A stretch of 58,087 nt of DNA, taken from the NCBI GenBank assembly GCA_049323975.1, contig JBMOMY010000288.1, positions 1 through 58,087 of the forward strand. Direction: 5' to 3'. The position numbers and the translations under genes were made by a program. Positions 1 through 10,107 of this stretch are shown here, in pieces. The notes under the pieces were generated by a model that was given only the letters and a program-made list of their open reading frames with translations, had not been told where the DNA came from and did not search any database. Each line of letters starts with the position of its first letter. Position 1 is the stretch's first letter. Source of the stretch: Pseudomonadota bacterium. GTDB taxonomy: Bacteria > Pseudomonadota > Alphaproteobacteria > UBA11222.

Positions 1-466
1 CCTCGTCACACCACAGGGTCTGCATGACCTTCAGGCATTCGCGGGTGCGTGTGCCGCGGTCTTCGAAGGGAATGCCCAGCGCGTCGAATTCCTCTTTCAG
101 CCAGCCGACGCCCACCCCCAGATTGAGCCGCCCGCCCGACAGATAATCCACGTCCGAAACCGCCTTCGCCGTATAGATCGGATGCCGTTGCGGAACCAGA
201 CAGATGGCGGTGCCCAGCCGGATGCGTCTGGTGTGCGCCGCCAGATAGGTCAGAGCGATGAAGGGATCGACCATCCCATGGCCAAACCCCGTAATGCGGC
301 CATCCGCCGAATAGGGATAACGCGAGGCGTATTCATTGAAAAACAGCACATGTTCCGGCACCCAGAGGGCGGCAAAGCCGCGTTCCTCGGCCGCCTGACC
401 CATGGCGATGCTCTGTTCCGGCGGCGTTGCGCCGTTGAAAGCCACGAAAATCCCCACCTCGACCAT
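1..466 (-). CDS. LLM-class (luciferase-like) flavin/F420-dependent oxidoreductase; C-terminal part lies outside the window
   Basis: My reverse translation from the ATG at 466-464 gives MVEVGIFVAFNGATPPEQSIAMGQAAEERGFAALWVPEHV...LSGGRLNLGVGVGWLKEEFDALGIPFEDRG. The frame is open to position 1. It is absent from the ORF track because it has no stop in the window. The motif pattern parallels the product of 556..1398. Confidence 0.75.
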   Translation of the reverse strand, partial: MVEVGIFVAFNGATPPEQSIAMGQAAEERGFAALWVPEHVLFFNEYASRYPYSADGRITGFGHGMVDPFIALTYLAAHTRRIRLGTAICLVPQRHPIYTAKAVSDVDYLSGGRLNLGVGVGWLKEEFDALGIPFEDRGTRTRECLKVMQTLWCDE

Positions 467-555
467 ATCCGCCTCCCGTTTCGTATTGTCTGGATCAAGT
501 CTACGGCGCTGGGCTATGCTGATGCAATATCAAGCAGCCGAGCAGGGAGGCGAAA

Positions 556-1398
556 ATGCAGTACGGCGTTACCATGTTTCCAACGGATTATTCCATCACC
601 CCGGCCGATCTGGCGATCGCCATTGAGGCGCGCGGATTCGAGTCGTTCTGGGTTCCGGAACATTCGCATATCCCCGTATCGCGCAAATCTCCCTGGCCCG
701 GCGGGGCGGAACTGCCCAAGGCCTATTACGACGTGATGGACCCGTTCATCGCCCTGGCGACGGCGGCGGCCGTCACCAAAAAGATCAGGCTGGCGACCGG
801 TATCTGCCTGGTGGTGCAGCGCGATCCGATCCAGACCGCCAAGGAGATCTGTTCCCTGGACACGCTTTCCGGCGGCCGTTTCCTGTTCGGCGTCGGCGCG
901 GGCTGGAATGCAGAGGAAATGGCCGATCACGGCACCAGATTCGAGGACCGCATGGAAGTGATGCGGGAGCGCATCGAGGCGATCCGCATCATTTGCAGCA
1001 AGAGCAAGCCGGAATATCACGGCAAATTCGTGAATTTCGAACCCTTCATGACCTGGCCCAAAACCGTGCAGAAACCCCATCCGCCGGTCCTCATCGGGGG
1101 CAGCCACATCAATGCGGCGCGCCGCGCCGCTGAATATGGCGATGGCTGGATGCCGGTCACCGGGCGCAGCGACATTCTGGCCACGATCCCGAAATACCGT
1201 CAGATGTGCGCCGAATACAAACGCCCCGAGGAAGCCACGGAAATCACCATATTCGGCATGCCGCCAGATCCCGAAAAGATCAAGCCCTATCGTGACGCCG
1301 GCGCAAAACGGGTGATCTTCATGCTGCCCTCCGAAGGGGCGGAAGCCACGCTCCCGCGCCTTGACCAGATGGCGGAAGTCATGCGCAAGGTCAACTAA
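556..1398 (+). CDS. LLM-class F420/flavin-dependent oxidoreductase
   Basis: 280 aa. FESFWVPEHSH, RLATGICLVVQRDP and LSGGRFLFGVGAGWNAEE are typical of luciferase-like monooxygenase/oxidoreductase proteins. A GGAGG-like SD precedes the ATG. Confidence 0.85.
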   Translation: MQYGVTMFPTDYSITPADLAIAIEARGFESFWVPEHSHIPVSRKSPWPGGAELPKAYYDVMDPFIALATAAAVTKKIRLATGICLVVQRDPIQTAKEICSLDTLSGGRFLFGVGAGWNAEEMADHGTRFEDRMEVMRERIEAIRIICSKSKPEYHGKFVNFEPFMTWPKTVQKPHPPVLIGGSHINAARRAAEYGDGWMPVTGRSDILATIPKYRQMCAEYKRPEEATEITIFGMPPDPEKIKPYRDAGAKRVIFMLPSEGAEATLPRLDQMAEVMRKVN

Positions 1399-1419
1399 AG
1401 CCCGAAAGGGAAGCCCGTC

Positions 1420-2373
1420 ATGGGAAAAAGATCCCGGATCGCGCTGCTGCTTCTGGCGGCGCTGCTCATCCTCGCCGGTTATACGCTTTACACGCCGGAT
1501 TTAAGGCATGAAGATCTGCTCCGCAAATATGGTGACGGGCCGTCGCAGTTCATCAGACTGGCGGATGGCACGCGCGTGCATTACCGCGCGCATGGCGACC
1601 GGGCGGCGCCAGTCATCGTGCTGCTGCATGGAACCAGCTCAAACGCCTTCACCTGGGAGGGCTGGGCCAGGGCGTTAAGCGGGCGCTACCGTTTGATCAG
1701 CATCGATCTGCCGGGACACGGGTTGACCGGGCGGATCGCCAACGAGGATTATTCCGACGAAGCCGCGGTCGCGTTTGTGAAGGCGGTTACCGAAAAACTC
1801 GACTTATACCGTTTTGCCCTGGCGGGAAATTCCTGGGGCGGCGAACTTGCCGGCGCCTTTGCGTTAGCCAACCCCAGGCGGGTGACGCAACTGATTCTGA
1901 TCGATGCAGGGGGGATTCCGCTGCCCGAAGACGGACGCAAAGCGCCCATCGCCTTTCAACTCATGGGGAAGCCGGTGATCGGGAATATGCTGGCCTGGAT
2001 TACCCCTCGTCCAATCGTGGCCGAAGCTATGCATTCCATCTATGGCGATCCGTCGAAGGTCAGTGACGGGCTGATCGATTTGTATCACGACATGGTGCGC
2101 CATGAAGGGAACCGCCAGGCGACCCGGCTGCGGGTAAGGCTTGGACAAACGGATCTGCTTGGGGGGCGGCTGAAGGATATCCGTCAGCCCACGCTGATCC
2201 TTTGGGGCGCGAAAGATGGTCTGATCCCGCTTTCCATTGGCCGGCAATTCGACGAAGAAATCCCCAATTCAACCCTGCAGGTGTTCGAGGACGCCGGGCA
2301 CGTGCCGATGGAAGAAATTCCCGCCGAGACCGCAGCCGCCGCCGAGGCGTTTCTTTCCAGCCATAGCAGATGA
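1420..2373 (+). CDS. alpha/beta-fold hydrolase with N-terminal membrane anchor or signal
   Basis: 317 aa. VIVLLHGTSSN, nucleophile elbow GNSWGG and a C-terminal AGHVPMEE His motif. Confidence 0.85.
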   Translation: MGKRSRIALLLLAALLILAGYTLYTPDLRHEDLLRKYGDGPSQFIRLADGTRVHYRAHGDRAAPVIVLLHGTSSNAFTWEGWARALSGRYRLISIDLPGHGLTGRIANEDYSDEAAVAFVKAVTEKLDLYRFALAGNSWGGELAGAFALANPRRVTQLILIDAGGIPLPEDGRKAPIAFQLMGKPVIGNMLAWITPRPIVAEAMHSIYGDPSKVSDGLIDLYHDMVRHEGNRQATRLRVRLGQTDLLGGRLKDIRQPTLILWGAKDGLIPLSIGRQFDEEIPNSTLQVFEDAGHVPMEEIPAETAAAAEAFLSSHSR

Positions 2374-3041
2374 ACGAAATGGCCGCTTCCGAAATCGTGT
2401 TTCTGCATACGTCTGATGCGCACATCGCCACTTTCGACGCGTTGCGCGCCCGGATCGCCCCGGAAGTGAAGATCCGCCACATTCTCCGCGCCGATCTTCT
2501 GGAACAGGCTGTGGCGGCGGGCGGCGTCAGCTCCGCCGTAGAGGCGGCGGCGCGCGACGCGCTCGCGGCGGCAATCGGCAAGGAAACCCGGGTGCTGGTC
2601 TGCACCTGCTCCACCCTTGGACAGGTGGCGGAACAGCATGACGCCGACGCCCCGGTTCCGGTCATGCGCATCGACCGCCCCATGGCGGATCAGGCGGTGT
2701 TGCAGGCCAAAAACATCGCCGTCTGCGCGGCGCTTCCCACCGCGCTGTCGGCGACGGCCGCGCTTGTGCGTACTTCTGCGGAATATATGCAGAAACCCAA
2801 TGTGATGGTGCGCGATCACCTTTTTTCGGCCGCCTGGAAACATTTCGAACAGGGAGATATGGAAGCCTATGCGGCTGAAATCGCCCGGGGGCTGCGGGGC
2901 GCGGCGTTCAGCGCGGATCTGATCCTGCTGGCCCAGGCTTCGATGGAGGGCGCCGTGGCGCTGTGTCAGGATATCGCCATCCCGATCTGGAGCAGCCCGG
3001 AAACCGGCTTTCGCGCGGCGCTGGCCCTGATGGAGGATTAA
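2370..3041 (+). CDS. hypothetical protein, possibly Asp/Glu racemase-like
   Basis: 223 aa. ATGA overlap with the upstream hydrolase stop. The CTCSTLG and LLAQASM motifs resemble the paired Cys/Ser motifs of Asp/Glu/hydantoin racemase-fold proteins. The 288-aa antisense ORF is Arg-rich and was rejected. Confidence 0.55.
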   Translation: MNEMAASEIVFLHTSDAHIATFDALRARIAPEVKIRHILRADLLEQAVAAGGVSSAVEAAARDALAAAIGKETRVLVCTCSTLGQVAEQHDADAPVPVMRIDRPMADQAVLQAKNIAVCAALPTALSATAALVRTSAEYMQKPNVMVRDHLFSAAWKHFEQGDMEAYAAEIARGLRGAAFSADLILLAQASMEGAVALCQDIAIPIWSSPETGFRAALALMED

Positions 3042-3131
3042 TCCGCACAAGGCGGAAATTTTCCGTTAGTCTTTCCTTCGTTACTGTCCCGGCAATCACG
3101 GGCGGAATTACAAATATTACAGGAGAAAGGC

Positions 3132-3563
3132 ATGAAAGCATTTTTTCCGGCGCTGCTGGCATTTGGCTGTCTGCTGGGGATCAACGCCGCACAGGCGGGC
3201 GAGACCCCGGCGCCGGAGGGCGCGGCCGCCTATATCATCACACCCGCCGATGGCGCGAAAGTCGCATCCCCGGTTAAAGTGGTGTTCGGCCTTAAGGGCA
3301 TGGGTGTAGCGCCCGCCGGCGTTGAAAAAGAGCATACCGGGCATCACCATCTTCTGATCGATACGCCCATGCCGGAAGGCGAAGCGCTGGACGAACCCCT
3401 GCCCAAGGACGCGCAACACCTGCATTTCGGCAAGGGAGAGACGGAGGCCATGGTGGAGCTTGCGCCGGGCGCCCACACCCTGCAATTATTATTGGGCGAT
3501 CACAACCACATCCCCCACAAGCAACCGGTAGCTTCCGAGCTGGTCACCATCACCGTGGAGTGA
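3132..3563 (+). CDS. exported DUF4399-like protein
   Basis: 143 aa. Signal peptide MKAFFPALLAFGCLLGINAAQA. HTGHHHLLID and LLLGDHNHIPH motifs as in DUF4399 family proteins. Confidence 0.7.
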   Translation: MKAFFPALLAFGCLLGINAAQAGETPAPEGAAAYIITPADGAKVASPVKVVFGLKGMGVAPAGVEKEHTGHHHLLIDTPMPEGEALDEPLPKDAQHLHFGKGETEAMVELAPGAHTLQLLLGDHNHIPHKQPVASELVTITVE

Positions 3564-3885
3564 TGCGCGCGCGGCGTTTGGGAGCTGCGCCGCCGAGCTT
3601 GCGCGGTTTTGACGCGCGCGGCTTTACTGGTTTTTTCTGCGCCGCAAGCTGCGCCTCCAGCGCCGCCAGTCTTGCTGAAAGGCGGCTGTTCTCCTCGCGC
3701 GCGGCGGCGGCCATGGCGCGCACCGCGTCAAATTCATCCCGGGGCACCAGATTCATATCCGCAAACCAGCGCTCCAGACGCTGGCGCATGACATTTTCCA
3801 TTTCGGCCTTCATGCCCTGCGCCGCCCCTGCGGCGTTCAGCATCAGCTTGGCGAGATCGTCCAGAAAGCGGTTTTCGGTTTGCAT
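3550..3885 (-). CDS. ubiK: UbiK/BMFP-family accessory factor (coiled coil)
   Basis: 111 aa. N-terminus MQTENRFLDDLAKLMLNAAGAAQG followed by VPRDEFDAVRAM and a basic tail, which is the characteristic UbiK/YqiC layout. Confidence 0.7.
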   Translation of the reverse strand: MQTENRFLDDLAKLMLNAAGAAQGMKAEMENVMRQRLERWFADMNLVPRDEFDAVRAMAAAAREENSRLSARLAALEAQLAAQKKPVKPRASKPRKLGGAAPKRRARITPR

Positions 3886-4042
3886 GGCGGGTTCCTTGAA
3901 GGCATATGCTAGTGGAGTGAATGTGACATCGGCGCATCATTGCCGCGCACCTTTTATGCGAATGTCAGAACCGGAACACTAGCGGGTGGGGATGATTTCA
4001 TGCAAGCGAAGCATAAATTACAGGAAATGAACGTCAGCCCCT

Positions 4043-4852
4043 ATGCTCAGCTATCCTGACATCGATCCCGTCGCCCTGCAGATCGGACCTTTCGCCATCC
4101 GCTGGTACGCGCTGGCCTATCTGGGAGGCATTCTGCTGGGCTGGGCCTATGCGGTCCGGCTCGCGCGTCAGGCGCAGTTATGGCCCGCCGGCAAGGCTCC
4201 GGCGACCGCGGAACAGATCGGGGATTTCGTCACGCTGGCGACGCTGGGTATCATCCTCGGCGGACGGCTGGGCTATGTGCTGTTCTACAATCCTGCCTAT
4301 TTCGCCGCGCATCCATTGGAAATTCTCTATGTATGGCAGGGCGGCATGTCGTTTCACGGGGGACTGATCGGCGTCCTGCTGGCGATCCTGTTCTTCACCC
4401 GGCGCCAGAAGCTTCCCCTGGGCGGTTTCGCCGATCTCATCGCAATGGTCGCGCCCATCGGCCTGATGTTCGGGCGCATCGCCAATTTCATCAATGGAGA
4501 ATTATGGGGAAGGGTGACCACCGCACCCATCGGCATGGTTTTTCCCACCGGCGGCCCCATCCCGCGCCACCCCAGCCAGCTTTACGAAGCGGCATTGGAA
4601 GGCGCCGCCCTGCTGATCCTGCTGCTGATTGCGGGAAAAGGGTTTCGCGCGCTTCGCAGGCCGTGGCTGATCACCGGCCTGTTCGCCCTGGGTTATGGCG
4701 CGGCGCGCATCTTTTCGGAGTTTTTTCGCGAACCTGACGCGCATATCGGCTTTCTCCCTGGCGGGCTGACCATGGGGATGCTGCTTTCCCTGCCGCTGGT
4801 TCTGGGAGGGATGGGGCTGATGGCGTTCGCCCTGCGGCGGTCCGGCCCATGA
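4043..4852 (+). CDS. lgt: prolipoprotein diacylglyceryl transferase
   Basis: 269 aa polytopic membrane protein. IRWYALAYLGGILLGW, GGRLGYVLFY, GGMSFHGGLIG and FGRIANFINGELWGR are Lgt signatures. Confidence 0.95.
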   Translation: MLSYPDIDPVALQIGPFAIRWYALAYLGGILLGWAYAVRLARQAQLWPAGKAPATAEQIGDFVTLATLGIILGGRLGYVLFYNPAYFAAHPLEILYVWQGGMSFHGGLIGVLLAILFFTRRQKLPLGGFADLIAMVAPIGLMFGRIANFINGELWGRVTTAPIGMVFPTGGPIPRHPSQLYEAALEGAALLILLLIAGKGFRALRRPWLITGLFALGYGAARIFSEFFREPDAHIGFLPGGLTMGMLLSLPLVLGGMGLMAFALRRSGP

Positions 4853-5931
4853 CGGAGCTGGAGGAACACATCAAACGGCTGATCCGCGCCGGGGGGCCGA
4901 TTCCGCTTTCGGTTTATATGGGTCTTGCCCTTGGGCATCCTGAATACGGCTATTACCACCACAGGGAGGTTTTCGGAACGGAAGGGGATTTCATCACGGC
5001 GCCGGAAATCAGCCAGATGTTCGGCGAGCTGATCGGGCTGTGGTGCGTGCAGCGCTGGCGCGACATGGGCAGCCCGGGCGAGTTCATTCTGTGCGAACTG
5101 GGGCCGGGACGCGGCACATTAATGCGTGACGCCCTGCGCGCGGCCCGTCTTGCGCCGGATTTTCTGCAGGCGGCGCAACTGCATCTGGTTGAGACCAGCA
5201 GGCGCCTCCGCGCCCTGCAAAGAGAAGCGCTGCAACGCCCCGTCATCTGGCATGACGGCGTCACCCAGTTGCCGCAAATTCCTGCTATATTCATCGCCAA
5301 TGAATTTTTTGACGCCCTGCCCATCCGACAGTTTCTGCGCAGGGACAACCAATGGCGGGAGAAGATGGTGGCCATCGATCCGGCATCGGATGATTTATGT
5401 TTCTGCCTGTCGCCCGCTCCGCTCGCGGACGTCTCCATCCTGCCCGCCGCCATGCGGCGCGCGCCCGAAGGCGGCATCGCCGAAATCAGCCCCGGCGCCC
5501 AGGCGGTTCTGCAGATCCTTGCCGCACATATCGCGGGACAGGGGGGCGCGGCTCTGATCATCGATTACGGCCCGGCGGCAAGCAGCCCTGGCGACAGTTT
5601 TCAGGCGCTGCGCGGACAGCGCTACAGCGACCCTTTACGAAACGCCGGGCACGCCGATCTGACCGCTCATGTGGATTTCCAGACCCTTGCGCTAATCGCC
5701 CATGCCGCCGGCTGCAAAACAGACGGGCCGATACCCCAGGGCGCGTTCCTGTCGCGGCTGGGGCTCCATCTTCGCGCCCGCAAACTTTCGCAATCCGCCA
5801 CGCCTGAACAGCGGGCCGCCATCTCTTCGGCCCTGCATCGGCTGACTGGGCCGCAGGAGATGGGCGGCCTGTTCAAGGCGCTTGCCCTGGGCCATCCGGA
5901 TCTGCCCCTTTCACCGGGTTTCGGGGAATAG
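4849..5931 (+). CDS. class I SAM-dependent methyltransferase, MidA/NDUFAF7 (DUF185) type
   Basis: 360 aa. GDFITAPEISQMFGELIG and ELGPGRGTLM motifs. ATGA overlap with lgt. Confidence 0.85.
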   Translation: MTELEEHIKRLIRAGGPIPLSVYMGLALGHPEYGYYHHREVFGTEGDFITAPEISQMFGELIGLWCVQRWRDMGSPGEFILCELGPGRGTLMRDALRAARLAPDFLQAAQLHLVETSRRLRALQREALQRPVIWHDGVTQLPQIPAIFIANEFFDALPIRQFLRRDNQWREKMVAIDPASDDLCFCLSPAPLADVSILPAAMRRAPEGGIAEISPGAQAVLQILAAHIAGQGGAALIIDYGPAASSPGDSFQALRGQRYSDPLRNAGHADLTAHVDFQTLALIAHAAGCKTDGPIPQGAFLSRLGLHLRARKLSQSATPEQRAAISSALHRLTGPQEMGGLFKALALGHPDLPLSPGFGE

Positions 5932-5932
5932 A

Positions 5933-6715
5933 ATGCAGCCGCGCCTCCCCTTCCTTACCGCCGGGGATCTGTGGCCTGACGCCATTATCCGGCACGGATT
6001 TTTTACCCGTCAGGGCGGGGTCTCCGGAGGTCTCTACTCCTCGCTGAATTGCGGAGCGGGATCGGCGGATGCGCCGGAAAATGTCCGCGAAAACCGCGCC
6101 CGGGTGTGCGCCGCCCTGGGCGTCGAAGCGCTGGCGGGAGTCTATCAGGAACACGGCCGGAGGGTGCATGTCATCCGCACGCGCGAAGCGGCGGAACTGC
6201 GCCTGCCCGCCGACGGTCTGGCGACGGCCCTGCCCGCCATCGGGCTTTCGATCCTGAGCGCGGATTGCGCGCCAGTCCTGTTCGCCGACCCGCAGGCGCG
6301 GATCATTGGCGCAGCCCATGCCGGGTGGAAAGGCGCGCTGGCGGGCGTCTGCGAGGCGGTCCTGGAGGCCATGCTCGACCTTGGCGCCAAACGGGACGCC
6401 ATACGCGGCGCCATTGGTCCCTGTATTTCCCAGGCCTGCTACGAGGTGAGCGCGGATTTCGAGGCCCATTTCCTGGAACGGGACCCGCTGAGCGCCAGCT
6501 GTTTCCAGCCCGCGCCGGCGCCGGACAAGCGCCTGTTCGCACTGGGGCCTTATGTCGCTGCGCGGTTGAAACGGGTGGGCCTTGCGGAAGTGCGCGATCT
6601 TGCCCAGTGCACCTATCGGGACGAGACGCGGTTTTTCAGCTTTCGCCGCGCCACCCATCGCGGGGAAACGGATTACGGACGTGAGATTTCAGTCATAAGC
6701 CTGCGGGTATCATGA
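5933..6715 (+). CDS. pgeF: peptidoglycan editing factor PgeF (YfiH/DUF152, laccase-domain protein)
   Basis: HGFFTRQGGVS, SADCAPVLF, AHAGWKG and CYEV motifs. I chose the ATG at 5933, just after the upstream stop, rather than the track start at 5882. Confidence 0.9.
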   Translation: MQPRLPFLTAGDLWPDAIIRHGFFTRQGGVSGGLYSSLNCGAGSADAPENVRENRARVCAALGVEALAGVYQEHGRRVHVIRTREAAELRLPADGLATALPAIGLSILSADCAPVLFADPQARIIGAAHAGWKGALAGVCEAVLEAMLDLGAKRDAIRGAIGPCISQACYEVSADFEAHFLERDPLSASCFQPAPAPDKRLFALGPYVAARLKRVGLAEVRDLAQCTYRDETRFFSFRRATHRGETDYGREISVISLRVS

Positions 6716-7557
6716 AACGGCCCCGAATCCCTGTTCTGTTCGCCTGTCTGGCGCTTGCCGCCTGTACCGGGGAACCCACGCATAGGCTTCCCTATGGCGT
6801 GATGACGAAAGAGCCGGGATTGCTCGGCGTTATCACAAACCAGAGCGGAGTTGAGGTCATGCCGCCAGAAGGCGCGGGCGGCGCTCTCGCCACCGCCCTG
6901 TCGGAGGCGCTGGCGGCGGCCTTGCGCGATCAGGACATTGCGGCGCTGGCCGGACAGGAACTGAATGGCGGCCACCGCATCAGCGGAAAAGCCCGGATAC
7001 AGGACAATGTCCTTGTAACGGTCTGGAAACTCCATGACGCAGGAGGGGCGCTGGCGGCGCAATTCGAAACCCGCGAAGCCCTGCCCGCGGGCGCCCGTGA
7101 GGATGCGATTCCAGCCTCCATCCTGCAGGCGATGGCGGGACATACGGCGGCGGCTTTCGCCCCTCATCTCCTGCCGGGTGAGGCCCATGCCGCCGCTCTG
7201 CGGGTTTATGTGCCAGATATCGCCGCAGCGCCCGGCGATGGCGGCAAAACCCTGCCATCGGCGCTGCGGAATGAACTGCGCGCCGCGGGACTGAATGTCG
7301 TAGACGCCCCTGCCGGGACTGCGCTGACAATCGCCGGTTCGGTACAGCTCAGCGATCTGGATGCGGAACGCCAGCTCGTCAGCCTGAGCTGGCGGGTAAG
7401 AGCGCCGGATGGCCAGGAAATCGGGCGGATAGATCAGAGCAATCCGGTTCCCCGGGGGCAATTGGAAGGCGGTTGGGGGGGCATCGCCTATGCAGCCGCG
7501 TCCGGCGCGGCGGATGGGGTCATTCCCCTGCTCGATGATTATCGCGCCAGCCGATAG
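6712..7557 (+). CDS. hypothetical lipoprotein
   Basis: 281 aa. Lipobox LALAAC at residues 13-18. ATGA overlap with pgeF. No family recognised. Confidence 0.6.
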   Translation: MKRPRIPVLFACLALAACTGEPTHRLPYGVMTKEPGLLGVITNQSGVEVMPPEGAGGALATALSEALAAALRDQDIAALAGQELNGGHRISGKARIQDNVLVTVWKLHDAGGALAAQFETREALPAGAREDAIPASILQAMAGHTAAAFAPHLLPGEAHAAALRVYVPDIAAAPGDGGKTLPSALRNELRAAGLNVVDAPAGTALTIAGSVQLSDLDAERQLVSLSWRVRAPDGQEIGRIDQSNPVPRGQLEGGWGGIAYAAASGAADGVIPLLDDYRASR

Positions 7558-7765
7558 GTCGCATGGAAGGACCTAACCCGTTATCTGCGCGCAATCGGCT
7601 GAAATCGAAAGGGTTTGGATGATTTCATCCAGACGCCGCCTCTCTCTTTCTTTGCACATGGAGGCGGCCTTTGTTACAAGGCGCCTATCAAAACAAACCC
7701 ACGCCATTTCCCCTTCGCCACGGACAGACAAGGGCAGATACGCGGGAAGATACAAGGACACGCAT

Positions 7766-8698
7766 ATGAAGCTGTTGGCGGGTAACAGCAATCTCCCACT
7801 TGCAGGGGCGATTGCGTCCTGTCTGGACCTGCCCCTCACCAGGGCCAGCGTCCGGCGGTTTGCCGATAAGGAAATTTTTGTCGAGATTCAGGAAAATGTC
7901 CGGGGGCAGGACGTTTTCGTCATTCAGTCCACTTCCTTCCCGACCAATGACAATCTGATGGAGCTGCTGATTTGCACCGATGCGCTGCACCGCGCCTCTG
8001 CGCGCCGGATCACTGCCGTTATCCCCTATTTCGGCTACGCCAGACAGGACCGCAAATCCGGCTCCCGCGCCCCTATCAGCGCCAAGCTGGTGGCTAATAT
8101 GATCACCACCGCCGGGGCGCACCGGGTGCTGACCCTGGATTTGCATGCAGGGCAGATTCAGGGATTTTTTGATATTCCCACGGATAATCTGTTCGCCGCC
8201 CCCGTGTTGCTGCGCGATATTAATGAACATTTTAACAATTCAAGCCTGGTGATCGTGTCCCCGGATGTGGGCGGCGTGGTGCGCGCCCGCGCCCTGGCGC
8301 AACGTCTGGACAGCGATCTGGCCATTGTCGACAAACGCCGGGAGCGCGCGAATGAATCCGAGGTGATGAACATCATCGGCGACGTGGAGGGGCGCACCTG
8401 CATCATGGTTGACGACATCGTCGACAGCGCCGGAACGCTGTGCAACGCCGCCAAATCCCTTAAAGAGCGGGGGGCGGTCAGCGTGCACGCCTATGTCACC
8501 CATGGGGTGCTGTCGGGCGGCGCGGTGGAGCGGGTAGGGGCGTCGGAACTGGAAAGCCTGGTCATCACCGATTCCATCGCCCCCCGGGAGGATGTCTCAA
8601 AGGCGCATAATATCCGTTATGTCAGCATTGCCCCGTTGATGGCCGAGGCCATCCGCCGCATTTCCGAGGAACAATCGGTTTCCAGCCTGTTCGATTAA
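7766..8698 (+). CDS. prs: ribose-phosphate pyrophosphokinase
   Basis: [13 protein letters not shown]..., [23 protein letters not shown] and DDIVDSAGT are PRPP synthetase signatures. The start was moved to the internal ATG at 7766 to match the canonical N-terminus. Confidence 0.95.
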   Translation: MKLLAGNSNLPLAGAIASCLDLPLTRASVRRFADKEIFVEIQENVRGQDVFVIQSTSFPTNDNLMELLICTDALHRASARRITAVIPYFGYARQDRKSGSRAPISAKLVANMITTAGAHRVLTLDLHAGQIQGFFDIPTDNLFAAPVLLRDINEHFNNSSLVIVSPDVGGVVRARALAQRLDSDLAIVDKRRERANESEVMNIIGDVEGRTCIMVDDIVDSAGTLCNAAKSLKERGAVSVHAYVTHGVLSGGAVERVGASELESLVITDSIAPREDVSKAHNIRYVSIAPLMAEAIRRISEEQSVSSLFD

Positions 8699-8768
8699 CA
8701 TAACGGGCGGCTTGCCAAGTCGGCCGGTCTGCGCTAAAACCCGCCGCTTATGAAAATGGAAGAAAATC

Positions 8769-9449
8769 ATGGCTGAAATGCAAACCCTCGCAGCGCTGAA
8801 ACGCATTGGCAACGGCAAAGGCCCCGCCCGGGCCAGCCGGCGTGCAGGTAATGTGCCCGCGGTGATCTATGGCGGCGGCGAAGATCCGCAACTGATCGCG
8901 CTGGATTATCCCGCGCTCATGAAAGTATTGAATCGCGGCGCTTTCATGAGCCATCAATTCATGATCGATCTGGGCGATGGCGCCCCCATCCGGGTCATTC
9001 CGCGCGATATTCAGCTAGATCCCGTGCGGGATCTCCCTCTGCATGTGGATTTTCTGCGTCTGGTCAAGGGATCCACCATCCGCGTCAACATTCCCGTGCA
9101 CTTTTCCGGCGAGGCCGTTTCGCCAGGTCTCAAAAAGGGCGGCGTTCTGAACATCGTACGCCATGAAATCGAGCTCATCTGCCCGGTGGACACCGTACCC
9201 GAGGTCATAGAGTGCGATCTGAGCCAGTTTGAGATCGGCGACAGCCTGCATATTTCCGGGGTGAATCTGCCTGAAGGCGTTGTCCCGGCCATCAAGCGGG
9301 ATTTCACCATCGCAACCGTGGTGGCGCCTGCCGTCACTGGCGACGACAAGGCCGCAGCAGACGGCGCCGCGCCCGAAGCCGCGCCGGCGGCGGCCGGCAA
9401 GGCTGCGCCCGCCGCCGCAGCAAAAGCCCCCGCAGCGGGCAAGAAATAG
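8769..9449 (+). CDS. rplY: 50S ribosomal protein L25/general stress protein Ctc
   Basis: 226 aa. RRAGNVPAVIYGGG and IPRDIQLDPV motifs plus an Ala/Pro/Lys-rich tail. Confidence 0.9.
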   Translation: MAEMQTLAALKRIGNGKGPARASRRAGNVPAVIYGGGEDPQLIALDYPALMKVLNRGAFMSHQFMIDLGDGAPIRVIPRDIQLDPVRDLPLHVDFLRLVKGSTIRVNIPVHFSGEAVSPGLKKGGVLNIVRHEIELICPVDTVPEVIECDLSQFEIGDSLHISGVNLPEGVVPAIKRDFTIATVVAPAVTGDDKAAADGAAPEAAPAAAGKAAPAAAAKAPAAGKK

Positions 9450-9472
9450 GTTTTCACTTCTGGAGCAGAATC

Positions 9473-10075
9473 ATGCTGCTCTTTTCCGGTCTTGGCAATC
9501 CGGGCGGCAAATTCGCCCGTAACCGGCATAATGCCGGAAGGATGGCGGTGGAGGCCATCGCCGCGCGCTACCGTTTTGGCCCTCCCCGGCAGCGTTTCAG
9601 GGGCGTCGCGCGCGACGGGCTGATCGCGGGCAGAAAAATCGTCTGCCTGCAGCCGGAAACCTTCATGAACCTGTCCGGGCAATCCGTGGGAGAGGCCATG
9701 CGGTTTTTCAAGCTCAACCCGGCCGACGTGATCGTCTTTCATGATGAACTCGATCTGGCGCCGGGAAAAATGCGGGTAAAGACCGGCGGCGGCCATGGGG
9801 GCCATAACGGCCTGCGCTCCATTGATGCGCATATCGGCCCTGATTACCGGCGTGTGCGGATCGGCATCGGCCATCCGGGCGCAAAGGAACTGGTCAATCC
9901 CTATGTGCTGAGCGATTTCACACGGGAGGATGAGGAATGGCTCATTCCCCTGCTGGACGCCATCGCCCAGGAGACGGAATATCTGATACAGGGAAAGGAT
10001 GCGGAATTTCAGAGCCGCGTCGCCATGAAGATGAATTCCGCAGTTCAGGGCGAAAGCCGGCCAGGCGTCCGTTGA
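9473..10075 (+). CDS. pth: aminoacyl-tRNA (peptidyl-tRNA) hydrolase
   Basis: GLGNPG..., RHNAG, ETFMNLSG and GGHGGHNGLRS motifs. Confidence 0.95.
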   Translation: MLLFSGLGNPGGKFARNRHNAGRMAVEAIAARYRFGPPRQRFRGVARDGLIAGRKIVCLQPETFMNLSGQSVGEAMRFFKLNPADVIVFHDELDLAPGKMRVKTGGGHGGHNGLRSIDAHIGPDYRRVRIGIGHPGAKELVNPYVLSDFTREDEEWLIPLLDAIAQETEYLIQGKDAEFQSRVAMKMNSAVQGESRPGVR

Positions 10076-10107
10076 CGGATTGAATTCAGTACAGAGGCGT
10101 TACGCGG

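Noticed and set aside
5882-5932. Longer N-terminus for pgeF as given in the ORF track
   Set aside because: It would overlap the 3' end of the upstream methyltransferase by 50 nt. The ATG at 5933 directly follows that stop and gives a normal PgeF N-terminus.
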